From an uncultured Verrucomicrobiae bacterium (GTDB taxonomy: Bacteria > Verrucomicrobiota > Verrucomicrobiia > Chthoniobacterales > JAFAMB01): DNA of 64,000 nucleotides. The notes below the pieces were generated by a model, which worked only from the letters and a program-made list of their open reading frames with translations, ran no database searches and was not told the origin of the DNA. Shown here in pieces: positions 39,469 to 50,145 of the stretch (position 1 is its first letter; every line of letters begins with the position of its first letter). The stretch spans positions 1,856,001-1,920,000 of the forward strand of contig CAWIPH010000002.1 in assembly GCA_963837955.1 (NCBI GenBank), in the 5' to 3' direction. Made by a program: the position numbers and the translations under genes.

Positions 39469-41112
39469 TCATCCCCCTGGCTGGCATAAGCAGGAGCTCG
39501 TTATCTGCGTATCGGCCTTGGCCCAGATCTTGTGAAAACGCGCTTCCACCAACGCAGCTTCGTCGTTCTTGTGTTGCAGCTCTAGGCTGCGGGCCAGGCC
39601 ATAGAGCGACCAGCCGTTTTCCGGCAAGCGCGCAAGGTCATCACGGTAAACCTGTTCCGCTTCAGTGTAGCGGCCGGCTTGCATCAAGTTGGCTCCAAGA
39701 GAATGGCGCACCGGCAGAATCCATCCGGGTGGCTCATCGTAATGCAGTGCGTCTTCCGCGTTTATCGCAGCGCGCAGTTGGCTCAAGCCTTCGTCGAGCT
39801 TGCCTTCGCGAACCAAGATCTCGCCTTCGAGCATCGGAGTCGTAATTGCGAGCAGAGCTTGACACGGGTTATTGCCAAAGAGGTCGTCCGCCGGCACCAG
39901 CTTGCTGGCTTCCAGGTAAGCGGTTTGTTCCGTGCGCGCCAATTTGACGTCCCCCTTCGCGGCAAACGCAATCCCGCGCGCCGCATGCCGAAACGCGCGT
40001 GTAAATACCATGAACTCCGGATGATCGGGCTCGACCAGAATCTCGTCCCACATCCCGAAACGGATGAGTACTTCGTACGGCATGGCGACAAATGCCTCGC
40101 CGAGCATCGCATATTCTTTTACTACCTCTTCCGGCATGCCTGTCACCATCGCGCGAATGTGTTCGACGGCGAGGTCCCGCTGGCCGGTCATCATGGCGGC
40201 ATATGCAAGCATATGCTGGTTATGCGCCGCATAGAATACGATGAGACCTTTCGGTTCCCCAACGATCGCGCGGTAACGCTGATCGGCCTCGACGGCCTTT
40301 AAGTTCGCGGTGATGGCCTCATACCAGTGACCGATACGAATATCGATGTGCGACGGCATATGAACATTGTGAGCTATTCCCGGTTGGAGGTCGCGCATCC
40401 GGTCAGCCTCTGCCAGCGCGCGCTCAGGATGCGGCGACGCTTCCAAGGCATGAATGTAGAGGTGGTTCGCAAATGGATGATACAGATTGAGCTTCAATAC
40501 CTGGTCGAGCGTTGCCAGAATCTCCTCGGTACCGGGTTGCGGCTGCCCGTCGCGAGTCCACTGGTCCCATGGGCGCAAATCCATCATGGCCTCGGCAAAA
40601 AGTACGCCCACGTCGAGATCATTCGGGTGCGCTTTCCAAACCGCACGCATGGCATCGGCATACGCCTGATCGAGCGGACCGCGATCGTCCGGCTGCGGAT
40701 TGGCATAGCGAGCGGTAAGCGCTTCGATCAGCGCTTGCTCTACCGGTGACGCGTGCGCTGCGTGCTCTTGGGCGAGCCCGAGTTCCTTCCACGCGAGCGC
40801 AGCCGCTGGCGGCGGCACCAGCGGGAAATTGATATGTGGCCCGGACGCTAGCGCTATCCCCCAATGGGCCATCGCGCAGTCCGGATCAAGCGTCGCTGCC
40901 GCGTTAAATGCCCGAATCGCAGCGCCGTGGTTGAAGCCGAAATAGAAGTTAAGTCCCTGGTTAAAATATTTTTGGGCTTCGGGGGAAGTGGTTGTGACTG
41001 TGCGCGTGTACGAGCCGAGGCCGTCAAAGAACGGTTCTTGGGCGCCGTAGGTCCGCATACTTGCGAGCGCAATCGCACAGCAGAGGTTAACAAGCAGTGT
41101 AATTGGTCTCAT
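39469..41112 (-). CDS. Exported TPR-repeat protein
   Basis: Signal peptide MRPITLLVNLCCAIALAS; AQKYFNQGL, HLYIHALE, HMPSHI, TPR helices. Confidence 0.88.
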   Translation of the reverse strand: MRPITLLVNLCCAIALASMRTYGAQEPFFDGLGSYTRTVTTTSPEAQKYFNQGLNFYFGFNHGAAIRAFNAAATLDPDCAMAHWGIALASGPHINFPLVPPPAAALAWKELGLAQEHAAHASPVEQALIEALTARYANPQPDDRGPLDQAYADAMRAVWKAHPNDLDVGVLFAEAMMDLRPWDQWTRDGQPQPGTEEILATLDQVLKLNLYHPFANHLYIHALEASPHPERALAEADRMRDLQPGIAHNVHMPSHIDIRIGHWYEAITANLKAVEADQRYRAIVGEPKGLIVFYAAHNQHMLAYAAMMTGQRDLAVEHIRAMVTGMPEEVVKEYAMLGEAFVAMPYEVLIRFGMWDEILVEPDHPEFMVFTRAFRHAARGIAFAAKGDVKLARTEQTAYLEASKLVPADDLFGNNPCQALLAITTPMLEGEILVREGKLDEGLSQLRAAINAEDALHYDEPPGWILPVRHSLGANLMQAGRYTEAEQVYRDDLARLPENGWSLYGLARSLELQHKNDEAALVEARFHKIWAKADTQITSSCLCQPGG

Positions 41113-41484
41113 GCCGATGTTGGTTACGTGGGGAGGCTCCGCGTCCCGAGGGCGTACACAAATTCTAAGTTTTAACAAAGGCGCGATCGGGCATGTAAAA
41201 AACTTGCCGGTGACTAGCCATCTACCGTTCGCCCCTGGCTTCGTGCGAATAAAGGGCAAGATAGTGGAATCCAGCCGCTTTTTGTCCCGATTGCCGCATT
41301 CCCGGTCCGAACTGCCGCAACGGCACACCGATCCGTCTGCAACGGTGCAACTTCCTTGATTGGAATAAGCCAAAATTATATAACGTTGGAAATAAGTTTA
41401 TCTGTCTTTGCGTGAAATGCGACGGAAGGTGCATTACTGCCGCCTTTCTCCATGGTCTTTGCTGCAGGTAGTATCGCTACCCAT

Positions 41485-42444
41485 ATGCCCATCCTCGCTT
41501 CTCGTTTTCACCCGCCGGCATTCCTACACAACGGGCACATCCAGACGGTCCTACCTGTGCTTTTGCCTCGGCGGTTGAGGATCGCTTTTGAACACGAGCG
41601 GTTGGAACTGGAAGACGGCGATTTCCTTGATCTCGACTGGGCGCGAATAGGCCGAGGTAAATTGGCGATACTGTCGCATGGGTTGGAGGGGTGCTCTGAC
41701 GATAGTTATATTCGGGGTATGGCGACCTCGCTCTATGCGGCGGGATGGGATGTGCTTGCGTGGAATCTCCGCAGCTGCGGGAAAGAGATGAATCGGCTGC
41801 CACGGTCTTATCACAGCGGCGAAACTGGCGATCTGGGGGCGGTGATTCGGTTCGCGGCCACGAAATATTCGCGGATCGCGCTGATTGGATTCAGCCTGGG
41901 GGGGAACTTTACTCTGAAGTATCTCGGCGAAGGCAGGCCGCATGCGTCGGTGATTGGTGCGGTGGCGATCTCCGTGCCGATCGATCTTGCTGCCACCGCG
42001 CGAGCCCTCGATCAACGTTGGAGCAATCGGATCTATCTGCGGCGCTTTATCAAAAGCCTGGTCGCTAAAGTTGAAACCAAGGCGGTTAGATTTCCTGACC
42101 AGGTGGACGCGAGTTGGAGCCGAACGATCCGGACGTTCCAGGAATTCGACGATCGCTATACCGCACCGATCCATGGTTTTCGAGATGCAGCGGATTACTG
42201 GAAGAAGTCAAGCGCGCGGCAGTATCTGGATCGAATAACAGTTCCGACTCTGCTTTTGAACGCTTCTAATGATCCCTTTCTCACACCGGGATGCTTTCCC
42301 TTTGCGGAAGCAGAACAGAATTCTTGTCTCTTCTTCGAAGCGCCAGAATCGGGAGGCCATGTCGGATTTGTTGATTTGACCCGCGGCAGCGAGCCCTGGT
42401 CCGAGCGGCGCGTTGTTGAGTTTCTGGCGATGTCCGTGCTTTAG
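41485..42444 (+). CDS. YheT family alpha/beta hydrolase
   Basis: NGHIQT, HGLEG, GFSLGG, NDPF, GGHVGF. Confidence 0.93.
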   Translation: MPILASRFHPPAFLHNGHIQTVLPVLLPRRLRIAFEHERLELEDGDFLDLDWARIGRGKLAILSHGLEGCSDDSYIRGMATSLYAAGWDVLAWNLRSCGKEMNRLPRSYHSGETGDLGAVIRFAATKYSRIALIGFSLGGNFTLKYLGEGRPHASVIGAVAISVPIDLAATARALDQRWSNRIYLRRFIKSLVAKVETKAVRFPDQVDASWSRTIRTFQEFDDRYTAPIHGFRDAADYWKKSSARQYLDRITVPTLLLNASNDPFLTPGCFPFAEAEQNSCLFFEAPESGGHVGFVDLTRGSEPWSERRVVEFLAMSVL

Positions 42445-42457
42445 AATTGGTGCCTGA

Positions 42458-43735
42458 TCAGCCGTGGCCGTAACGGCGCACCCGCAAATCAGCCTGGGCC
42501 TTATGGCCAGCGAAGTTCTCGATCTCGCATAATCTTGAACAGTATTGACCGATCAAGGCACTCGCTTCTGGAGTGCATCTTTGGTAGGTGACCGTTTTGA
42601 GAAATTTGCCTACCCACAATCCGCCGGTGTACTTGGCTGCCTTGCCAGTCGGTAAAGTGTGGTTGGTACCAATTACTTTGTCGCCATAGGCTACGTTGGT
42701 TTCCGGTCCCAGAAATAGTGCTCCATAATTAGTAAGCCTATTGAGGAACAAATCCGGATTTTTGGTAAGGACCTGAACATGTTCTGAGGCGATTTTGTTA
42801 GCCTCGGAAACGAGTTCTTCTTCAGAATCAACGAGGATGACGCTGCCACAATTCTTCCACGCAGTACCGGCAACATCAGCAGTGGGCAAGCTCTTCAGCT
42901 GACGCTGAATTTCTTTTTCAATTTCATCCGCCAGGGTTTGACTGGTGGTCAACAGAGTCGCTGGTGAACTGGGTCCATGCTCGGCTTGACCGAGCAGATC
43001 GGTCGCAACCATTTCTACGTCGGCGGTGTCATCCGCAATGATTAAGGTCTCCGTCGGACCAGCCAAAAGATCGATACCAACGGTTCCAAAGAGCTGACGC
43101 TTAGCTTCCGCGACATAGGCGTTACCTGGTCCAACGATCATATCGACCGCCTTGATCGTTTCTGTTCCAAGCGCTAGAGCTGTGACGGCTTGAACTCCGC
43201 CCATAACGTAGATCTCGTCTGCGCCGCCCAGCACCATGGCCGCGATTGTCGCCGCCGGGGGAGCACCGTTCATGGGCGGTGTAGCAGCGGCCACTCGCCG
43301 TACCCCGGCGACCTTGGCTGTAACGATGCTCATATGGGCGGATGCAACCATGGGATAGCGTCCGCCTGGCACATAGGCGCCGACGCTGTCGACCGGAATG
43401 TTTTTGTGCCCTAGCCAAACCCCCGGCAGGGTCTCTAATTCAATGTCTTTAAGTGCTGATCGCTGGGCTTGGGCGAAGGTTCGAATCTGTTTCTGAGCGA
43501 ACTCGATATCGTGAACCACTGATTTGGGAACCGAATCGAAAATTTGCTCGATCTCTGTTTTGCTGAGCCGGTAGCTTTCCCGGTCCCACTTATCGAATTT
43601 CCGTGACAGCTCTCGCACGGCTGCATCGCCGTCCTTATGGACCTTTTCGATAATCTCTTCAACGGTGGCGCGCACGCCCTGCTCCGTCTGGCCTCGTTTG
43701 TCAAGGCTACGGCCATATTTGATGATTGTGATCAT
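42458..43735 (-). CDS. Histidinol dehydrogenase paralogue, HpsN-like clade
   Basis: [60 protein letters not shown]; no other his genes in window. Confidence 0.9.
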   Translation of the reverse strand: MITIIKYGRSLDKRGQTEQGVRATVEEIIEKVHKDGDAAVRELSRKFDKWDRESYRLSKTEIEQIFDSVPKSVVHDIEFAQKQIRTFAQAQRSALKDIELETLPGVWLGHKNIPVDSVGAYVPGGRYPMVASAHMSIVTAKVAGVRRVAAATPPMNGAPPAATIAAMVLGGADEIYVMGGVQAVTALALGTETIKAVDMIVGPGNAYVAEAKRQLFGTVGIDLLAGPTETLIIADDTADVEMVATDLLGQAEHGPSSPATLLTTSQTLADEIEKEIQRQLKSLPTADVAGTAWKNCGSVILVDSEEELVSEANKIASEHVQVLTKNPDLFLNRLTNYGALFLGPETNVAYGDKVIGTNHTLPTGKAAKYTGGLWVGKFLKTVTYQRCTPEASALIGQYCSRLCEIENFAGHKAQADLRVRRYGHG

Positions 43736-43840
43736 ATGAAAATGTTGCTTGGGTCTTCGGCTTTTCGTTCGTTTCGGGGGGCGACACCAGGGTCTGTAGC
43801 AAACTGCGGGTGATAGTAAGACAAGGGTACTAGTAGGCAA

Positions 43841-43854
43841 TAATGTATACACTT
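43841..43854. promoter_or_regulatory. Putative GntR operator, copy 1
   Basis: TAATGTATACACTT (12/14 to AAGTGTATACACTT) upstream of the hisD-like gene. Confidence 0.7.
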
Positions 43855-43936
43855 CAAGTTGATAACAACCCTGTCCCCGATTTCTCTGCTGGTGCAATTT
43901 TCGAGCATTTACCTAGAAAACGCGTCAGAAATTCAG

Positions 43937-43966
43937 TTGACCTCTGTCGAACAAGTGTGCACACTA
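43937..43966 (+). promoter_or_regulatory. sigma70-like promoter with putative GntR operator, copy 2
   Basis: TTGACC-17-CACACT; AAGTGTGCACACTA at 43953-43966. Confidence 0.65.
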
Positions 43967-44153
43967 TTTCACCGTGAACAAGTGACGCAGTTCCTCCTCG
44001 AAGGCTCGCCAAGAATTCGACGATGAATAGCGGAACGCTGCCCCCCGATCACCTCTGGCTGGTTGGCCGGCGCACGGACCCCCGAAGCAATCGCCATTTT
44101 TGCCGCATCACTCACCGAATTCTCCCCCTATAAGAAGAACTGAAGCTGCTGAC

Positions 44154-45041
44154 ATGAATAAAGCTGATTATTATCCAATCACGGGGGCCCTCGCATATAT
44201 CATACTCGCCGTTCGCGATCTCCAGGCAGCGGTCGAAGAGGCTCAGGAAATCAACGGCTTGTATTTGATCCAACGCGACGCGGATACGGCACACCTAACC
44301 TCTGCTGGGCGAAGGGTTGAGCTAGTATTGAGATCCGGGCCTGCTTTCGGTGTGGAACGGATTGGCCTTGAAGCTACCAACGAATCCTCGTTCGACTTGC
44401 TTAAGAGCAGGCTAAAGGAAGAGAGTATCCCTTTCGACGAATCATCGGACCCATATCCCGGTGTAAGCAAGGCGCTTCGATTTAGTGGTCCGTCTGGACA
44501 CATTTTTGAACTCGCGGATACCTACGCACGATCAGAACGTTTATTTTACGACACTCCGGGGGTGCGCCCACGGCGTCTCGGACATGCCCTTTTAAAGGTA
44601 GAAAACATCCAGCCTGTTGAGGAATTTCTCATTCGCTTGCTCAATTTCCGTGTCTCCGATCGGGCCCTAAATGGCGAGATCGTTTGGCTTCGCTGCAGCG
44701 AAATCCACCACTCCATCAATCTGGTGAAGGGCGCCCCAGGTCTCCATCATTATGCTTGGGAAGTGGACGATTGGGCGGTCTTCAAAAAGTTGGGCGACGT
44801 TCTGCGTGGGCGCAACCGACAGTTTGTATGGGGACCCGGTCGGCACGGCCCTGGTAACAACCTTTTTACCTATCACGCGGATTTGACCGGCGCTTTGGTC
44901 GAGTACTTCGCGGATATATTGCACGTCGAGAGAGAAGAAAGCTACGAATGGAAAGACTGGAGCGACATTCCCGAATGGAACAACATCTGGGGTCCGATGC
45001 CTCCGGCCAACTTCCGCGACTATGGTGTGCCACTGATGTAG
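44154..45041 (+). CDS. VOC family extradiol (catechol 2,3-dioxygenase-like) ring-cleavage dioxygenase
   Basis: LGHALL, HHSI, LHHYAW, WGPGRHGPGNNLFTY, LVEYF (His/His/Glu metal triad). Confidence 0.88.
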   Translation: MNKADYYPITGALAYIILAVRDLQAAVEEAQEINGLYLIQRDADTAHLTSAGRRVELVLRSGPAFGVERIGLEATNESSFDLLKSRLKEESIPFDESSDPYPGVSKALRFSGPSGHIFELADTYARSERLFYDTPGVRPRRLGHALLKVENIQPVEEFLIRLLNFRVSDRALNGEIVWLRCSEIHHSINLVKGAPGLHHYAWEVDDWAVFKKLGDVLRGRNRQFVWGPGRHGPGNNLFTYHADLTGALVEYFADILHVEREESYEWKDWSDIPEWNNIWGPMPPANFRDYGVPLM

Positions 45042-45126
45042 CGGTCGTGACGGAGAAGCATACGAAACAGACATGTGGCGACGTCGACAAAACCAACCGC
45101 AGTTGCAGCCGGGGAGTCACCGAACG

Positions 45127-46722
45127 ATGGTGGAAGCAACGCTTTTCCGTGACCGCAACTTGAGCGGGTCAAACGTAGATAACGACGCAGCTGATTTGCA
45201 CCCATCTGAAGGAAAAACGGTCCAACCCTTGTTGCGTGCATGCGCCGTTGCTAAGCGGTATGGCCCAACGATCGCGTTGGCAGGGGTCGAGCTAGAAATC
45301 TGGTCAGGCGAAATTGTAGCCCTAGTCGGCGCAAATGGCTCGGGGAAGTCAACTCTTACTAAGATTATCACTGGGGTCATCGGGTCAGATGAGGGACGAA
45401 TCGAGGTTAACGGTAACCCGCAGAAATTTCACTCTCCACGGCATGCCCATCGCGCCGGGATTAGAGCGGCTTATCAGGAATTGAGCCTTTTTACGGACCT
45501 GTCAGTAGAAGCAAACATCTGGATGGGTCACGAAATTGGGCGAACTAGTCACGATCTGGGCTGCGAAGCGATGCGAAAACAGACCGAAGAGCTACTCGCG
45601 AACTTTCGTGGATTGATTGGGGCTGCAGTAGGTCCAACCAGCTTCGTTAAGGATCTGACGTCGGATGAGCGCCAAATCGTAGAATTTCTAAAAGCGCTGA
45701 GTGCCAAGCCGAAAGTACTCATCCTCGACGAGATCACGGCTAGTCTCGACGCGCGCCAGGTCGAAAGGGTTTTCGGAATCGCTCGCTCTCTAAAGGAAAG
45801 CGGTCACGGGGTCGTGATGATCACCCATCGACTCTCCGAGGTCTTCGAATTGTCTGACCGCACAGTGGTTCTGCGCAACGGCTCCATTGTAGGGAAATTA
45901 GAGACGAACAGAACTAAATCGGAGGATCTCGTTCACTTGATGGTGGGTGACGCAGTGGATGCGGCGACAACCTATTACAAGCGGACATCGGGCGGGAGCG
46001 CTGACGTACCAGTCCTTGAAGCGGAAGTCTCTGTGCGGAGTGAGATACGACCGATTCACTTTACCCTGCACCGCGGGGAGGTATTAGGTTTAGGAGGGCT
46101 TCAAGGTCATGGACAACGGGAGGTGCTTCTCTCCCTGTTTGGATTACGAAATCATACCAGGAGAATTCTGGTGCACGGAAACAGTGTGCGGCTTCGCGAC
46201 TCGCGGGATGCCGTGAGTTCAGGGATCGCTCTTGTGCCAGGCGACCGAAATAGGGAAGGTAATATTGCCGCACATTCGATTCTCGACAATGCTTTGCTGA
46301 CCACCTGGCGAGAGTTCCGCTTTGGACCATTCCTCCGGGTTGGGGCCGCGCGCCTGGCTGTTGACCGGCTGATGAAGAGACTCAAGCTGAAGGCTCGTTC
46401 GCTGGACGATCCAGTTTCCTCGCTCTCAGGCGGTAACGCCCAAAAAGTTGTAATCGGCAAGTGGTTAATGGGTTCTCCCAGTATTCTCCTGCTCGACGAC
46501 CCGACGAAGGGCATAGATGTGAATGCGAAGAAGGAATTCTACGCACTGCTGATGGAGTTAAAGCTACAAGGCTTGGCCGTATTGTTCTTTTCCAGCGACG
46601 ATGACGAACTGACTACGTTGTGTGACCGAGTGCTTGTGATGTATGAAGGTCAGATTGCTTGCGAATTGGCGCATGCCCAATTGTCTCGAGAAACGTTAGT
46701 AGCAGCGACCGTCCAAGGTTAA
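45127..46722 (+). CDS. Sugar (CUT2) ABC transporter ATP-binding protein, RbsA-like
   Basis: GANGSGKST, ILDEIT, LSGGNAQKV, LLDDPTKGID. Confidence 0.95.
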   Translation: MVEATLFRDRNLSGSNVDNDAADLHPSEGKTVQPLLRACAVAKRYGPTIALAGVELEIWSGEIVALVGANGSGKSTLTKIITGVIGSDEGRIEVNGNPQKFHSPRHAHRAGIRAAYQELSLFTDLSVEANIWMGHEIGRTSHDLGCEAMRKQTEELLANFRGLIGAAVGPTSFVKDLTSDERQIVEFLKALSAKPKVLILDEITASLDARQVERVFGIARSLKESGHGVVMITHRLSEVFELSDRTVVLRNGSIVGKLETNRTKSEDLVHLMVGDAVDAATTYYKRTSGGSADVPVLEAEVSVRSEIRPIHFTLHRGEVLGLGGLQGHGQREVLLSLFGLRNHTRRILVHGNSVRLRDSRDAVSSGIALVPGDRNREGNIAAHSILDNALLTTWREFRFGPFLRVGAARLAVDRLMKRLKLKARSLDDPVSSLSGGNAQKVVIGKWLMGSPSILLLDDPTKGIDVNAKKEFYALLMELKLQGLAVLFFSSDDDELTTLCDRVLVMYEGQIACELAHAQLSRETLVAATVQG

Positions 46723-46728
46723 ACCGAT

Positions 46729-47694
46729 ATGACACCCAGAATCATCGGCATAATTCGTCGGAGCCCTTATCTGCTGTCACTCTTGCTTTTCCTCGTTAGT
46801 CTGACCCTGATCGGTTACTTTCAACCGTCTTACTTTCGACCATCTAATCTGGTGAATAACCTGAGGTCAATCCTGCCGTTAGTATTTGTTACGATTGCTC
46901 AGACAATAGTCGTGATCTCAGGCGGAATCGACTTGTCGCTGGGCTCACTCCTAACGCTGGCCAGCGTAACAACGGTTCAGGTGTTCAGCTTGCCGAATTT
47001 GGCTATGATTGGCTGGGCGGCAATTCCGGCTGGGCTGGGAATAGCTATTTTAGCTGGGGCTCTAAACGGTTACGCGGTGGCCTTCCTTCGACTGCAACCG
47101 ATCGTCGCGACATTCGCAACCTCTTTTCTTTGGAGTGGAATAGCGCTCTGGATTTTGCCGGTCGCGGGAGGCAGCGTGCCGGACGCGTTATCAGGAATGG
47201 TCCGCTATAAGTTCGTAATACCGTTCGGTGCTGCTGTGCTTCTCTTTGCCATTTTGGTATGGTCGTTGTTTAACCGGCTCCGGATTTGCCGATATATTTA
47301 CGCGGTGGGAGGTAATCCGAGCTCGGCGCATTTATCGGGTATTCCTGTAGCTGCTGTTAAGTTCACTGCGTATGTGTTGGCGGGTGCGATTAGCGGCATT
47401 GCAGCCGTGCTCCTGGCGGCTGATATCGGAACAGGCGACCCGCTGATCGGCGCGCCGTACACACTGTTCTCAGTGGTGGCGCTCGTCATCGGAGGGACCA
47501 AACTTTCTGGAGGGCAGGGCGGAATCATTGGATCGGTACTTGGTGTTCTGTCGCTCGTACTCCTGCGAAATCTCGTGTTCGATCTCAATATTCCGTACCT
47601 TTGGCAACCGCTGGTCGATGGATCGATCGTCTTGCTGGCTTTGGTTGGACCCGGAGTGAGCACGCTCTTGCGAAGAGAAAAAGGCACGACATGA
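46729..47694 (+). CDS. Sugar ABC transporter permease
   Basis: GGIDLSLG, YAVGGN, IGGTKLSGGQG. Confidence 0.95.
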   Translation: MTPRIIGIIRRSPYLLSLLLFLVSLTLIGYFQPSYFRPSNLVNNLRSILPLVFVTIAQTIVVISGGIDLSLGSLLTLASVTTVQVFSLPNLAMIGWAAIPAGLGIAILAGALNGYAVAFLRLQPIVATFATSFLWSGIALWILPVAGGSVPDALSGMVRYKFVIPFGAAVLLFAILVWSLFNRLRICRYIYAVGGNPSSAHLSGIPVAAVKFTAYVLAGAISGIAAVLLAADIGTGDPLIGAPYTLFSVVALVIGGTKLSGGQGGIIGSVLGVLSLVLLRNLVFDLNIPYLWQPLVDGSIVLLALVGPGVSTLLRREKGTT

Positions 47695-48662
47695 GAATGC
47701 ATCTCCGAATGTCGCCGGCGAAGTTATCGGCCAGAGCTCCGTTGATAGCTTTATTGATTTCCGTACTGCTCTTTATCTTTGGAGGAATGATCCGGCCCGG
47801 ATTTGCCGACTATCATCAAGCTCTCAATGTTTTGCGGCTAGCTTCCTTTCTAGGCATTGTGGCGGCCGGGCAGACACTAGTTGTAATCGCCGGAAACGAA
47901 GGAATTGATCTCTCGGTCGGGGGAGTCGTAACGCTGAGCGCCGTAATTATTCACGGGTTAGTAAATGGGAACAACGGATTGATTCTGCCAGCACTGGCGT
48001 TGGCGCTGGCAGCTGGGGCAATAGCGGGATTTCTCAACGGAATCGCGATCAGCAAGTTGCGGATTCCTCCACTAGTCATGACCCTGGGAATGACAGGCGT
48101 CATCAACGGCCTAATCCTTGCAACGACCGGCGGACATCCGGAAGGTACGGCTGCCCCGCTGATGAAGTCCTTTGTTTCAGACGCGTGGGTTGTTGGCGTC
48201 CCCGGCGTTGTCTTCCTGTGGGTTCTGCTTGGCGGTGGGTTGTGGCTCTTGCTCCAGCGGACCGCGTACGGAAAGTGCCTGTACGCAGTGGGTGGGAGCT
48301 ATCGAGTTGCTCTTTTTTCAGGAGTGCGAGTACAGCGCATAATAGTGCTGACGTACGTTCTTTCCGGGGTGCTAGCTGCTTTCGGTGGATTCGTGATTCT
48401 TGGCTATACTTCTTCAGTTTTCCTGACACTCGGGGACAGCTATACCCTTCCGTCGATCGCGGCAGTTGTCGTCGGTGGTACTTTAATTTCCGGTGGTATA
48501 GGTGGATATTCCGGAACAATGGCGGGCGCCATTCTCCTTACCTTGGTACAGAGTCTTCTAATTACGCTGGGTCTACCGGAGTTTGGCCGGCAGATTATTT
48601 ACGGAGTGATCCTGCTGGTTCTGATCTCTGCTTATGGACGGAGTCGACAGACTCACAGGTAG
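47691..48662 (+). CDS. Sugar ABC transporter permease
   Basis: EGIDLSVG, SIAAVVVGGTLISGG; ATGA overlap. Confidence 0.95.
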   Translation: MRMHLRMSPAKLSARAPLIALLISVLLFIFGGMIRPGFADYHQALNVLRLASFLGIVAAGQTLVVIAGNEGIDLSVGGVVTLSAVIIHGLVNGNNGLILPALALALAAGAIAGFLNGIAISKLRIPPLVMTLGMTGVINGLILATTGGHPEGTAAPLMKSFVSDAWVVGVPGVVFLWVLLGGGLWLLLQRTAYGKCLYAVGGSYRVALFSGVRVQRIIVLTYVLSGVLAAFGGFVILGYTSSVFLTLGDSYTLPSIAAVVVGGTLISGGIGGYSGTMAGAILLTLVQSLLITLGLPEFGRQIIYGVILLVLISAYGRSRQTHR

Positions 48663-48778
48663 GGATCGGCCTACGCAGATAGGTTAGACGGCGCTGGCAC
48701 GGCAGAGCGACAAGAACCGTGCACCCTGGGAAACTTCGGACCGTTCTGCGATCATTCCGAAAATAATCAAGATCGGCT

Positions 48779-48808
48779 TTGACAGCGATCTTAGAAGTGT
48801 ATACACTT
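48779..48808 (+). promoter_or_regulatory. sigma70 promoter with perfect palindromic operator, copy 3
   Basis: TTGACA-17-TACACT; AAGTGTATACACTT at 48795-48808. Confidence 0.8.
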
Positions 48809-48890
48809 TCTAAATCTACTACGCTGAACTAAGCGCTTATGTTTAGATCCGCGTGCTAACCAATAACCAGCTTGGATAGCTGAGCTGTCA

Positions 48891-50030
48891 ATGATTCCTC
48901 CCAATTCTATGAACGCAATATCGCGTAACAGGTTGTCGACGCCTTCCGAAAGGTGTACACAGAAAGGCAGAGAATCGGTAAGCGCCGCGCTTGCCATTTT
49001 CTGCATTGTTTTTCTCATAACATGGGTCGTTGTAGGACGGGCTAGAGCGGCAGATAAGAGTGGCGGCTTTGTGATCGGCGTTTCCAACGCGTTTATCAAT
49101 CCGCATCGCGTGGAACAAATCGCCGATATTCAGTCTACGGCTAAAGAGTATCAGGCTAAGGGAGCAATAAAGGATGTAATCGTTGCTAGCTCGAATACGG
49201 ATGTGCAGGGCCAGATTGCTCAGATCCGCAATCTGATGAGCAAGGGTGTAGATGGGATCCTGATAAATGCAGCTTCACCAACTGCGCTCAATTCTGTCCT
49301 GAAGGAAGCCATGGACGCTGGAATCAAAGTGGTAGCATGGGACAATGAAGTGGCACTCCGCGGTGTTTATTCGGTCGTGTACGATCAAGAAGACTGGGCA
49401 AGGCAATCGGCCGAATGGCTCGCAAAGTCGCTCAATGGAAAAGGGAACGTCATCATTGTGAATGGCATTGCTGGCGCACCTGTCAGCGAAGTCCGACGCG
49501 CCGCGGTGCAGGCAGTCTTTGATAAGAATCCCGGCATCAAGGTGCTCAATTCCGTGTACGGAGACTGGGATGTCGCGAAAGCGCAACAGGTCATGGCCAG
49601 CGTCGTAGCATCCCAGCCTAATATCGACGGTGTTTGGGTCTGTGGCGCAATGTCGGAGGGCGTTTTACGCGCACTCTTGGCACCAAACCCTACCAAACTG
49701 CCGATCGTTGTCGGCGATGTGAGCCTGGGTTACCTCCGGCTTTGGAAAAGTACGAAGCAGAAGTACCCCGATTATCGATCCTTTGCGGTGGGCGATTCGC
49801 CATGTCCTTTTGCCGCGGGAGGGTTGCGGGTGCTGGTGAACATTCTACAAGGCAAACAGCCCACGAAGGTGAGCAAGAACGGCGACGTGAGCCGAATCTC
49901 TGTGAGCTTTCCGCTGAATGTCGACGACAACAATCTTGAAGAGACTTTGTCTAAGAATATCGACAAGGCGGATACGTTCTATTTAGATATCTGTCCAAGC
50001 GCGGACGAGATAGAAACGAATCTGAAATAG
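48891..50030 (+). CDS. Sugar ABC transporter substrate-binding protein (type I PBP)
   Basis: Hydrophobic signal ending ARA-ADK; QIAQIRNLMSKGVDGILI, GIAGAP, GDWD; start uncertain. Confidence 0.92.
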   Translation: MIPPNSMNAISRNRLSTPSERCTQKGRESVSAALAIFCIVFLITWVVVGRARAADKSGGFVIGVSNAFINPHRVEQIADIQSTAKEYQAKGAIKDVIVASSNTDVQGQIAQIRNLMSKGVDGILINAASPTALNSVLKEAMDAGIKVVAWDNEVALRGVYSVVYDQEDWARQSAEWLAKSLNGKGNVIIVNGIAGAPVSEVRRAAVQAVFDKNPGIKVLNSVYGDWDVAKAQQVMASVVASQPNIDGVWVCGAMSEGVLRALLAPNPTKLPIVVGDVSLGYLRLWKSTKQKYPDYRSFAVGDSPCPFAAGGLRVLVNILQGKQPTKVSKNGDVSRISVSFPLNVDDNNLEETLSKNIDKADTFYLDICPSADEIETNLK

Positions 50031-50145
50031 ATGTCGTCCGACGCGGGCGTCGCTCGCTGAAAGGAGAGTGGACGGGGCTCTTGCCGATGGCTCGGAGACG
50101 CATAGCAAGGACAATCATTCACGGGCCGAAAAGCAGGAGCAGACG

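Noticed and set aside
42458..43735. Calling this gene biosynthetic hisD or bona fide hpsN
   Set aside because: Signature residues and context argue against hisD; DHPS specificity cannot be shown from sequence
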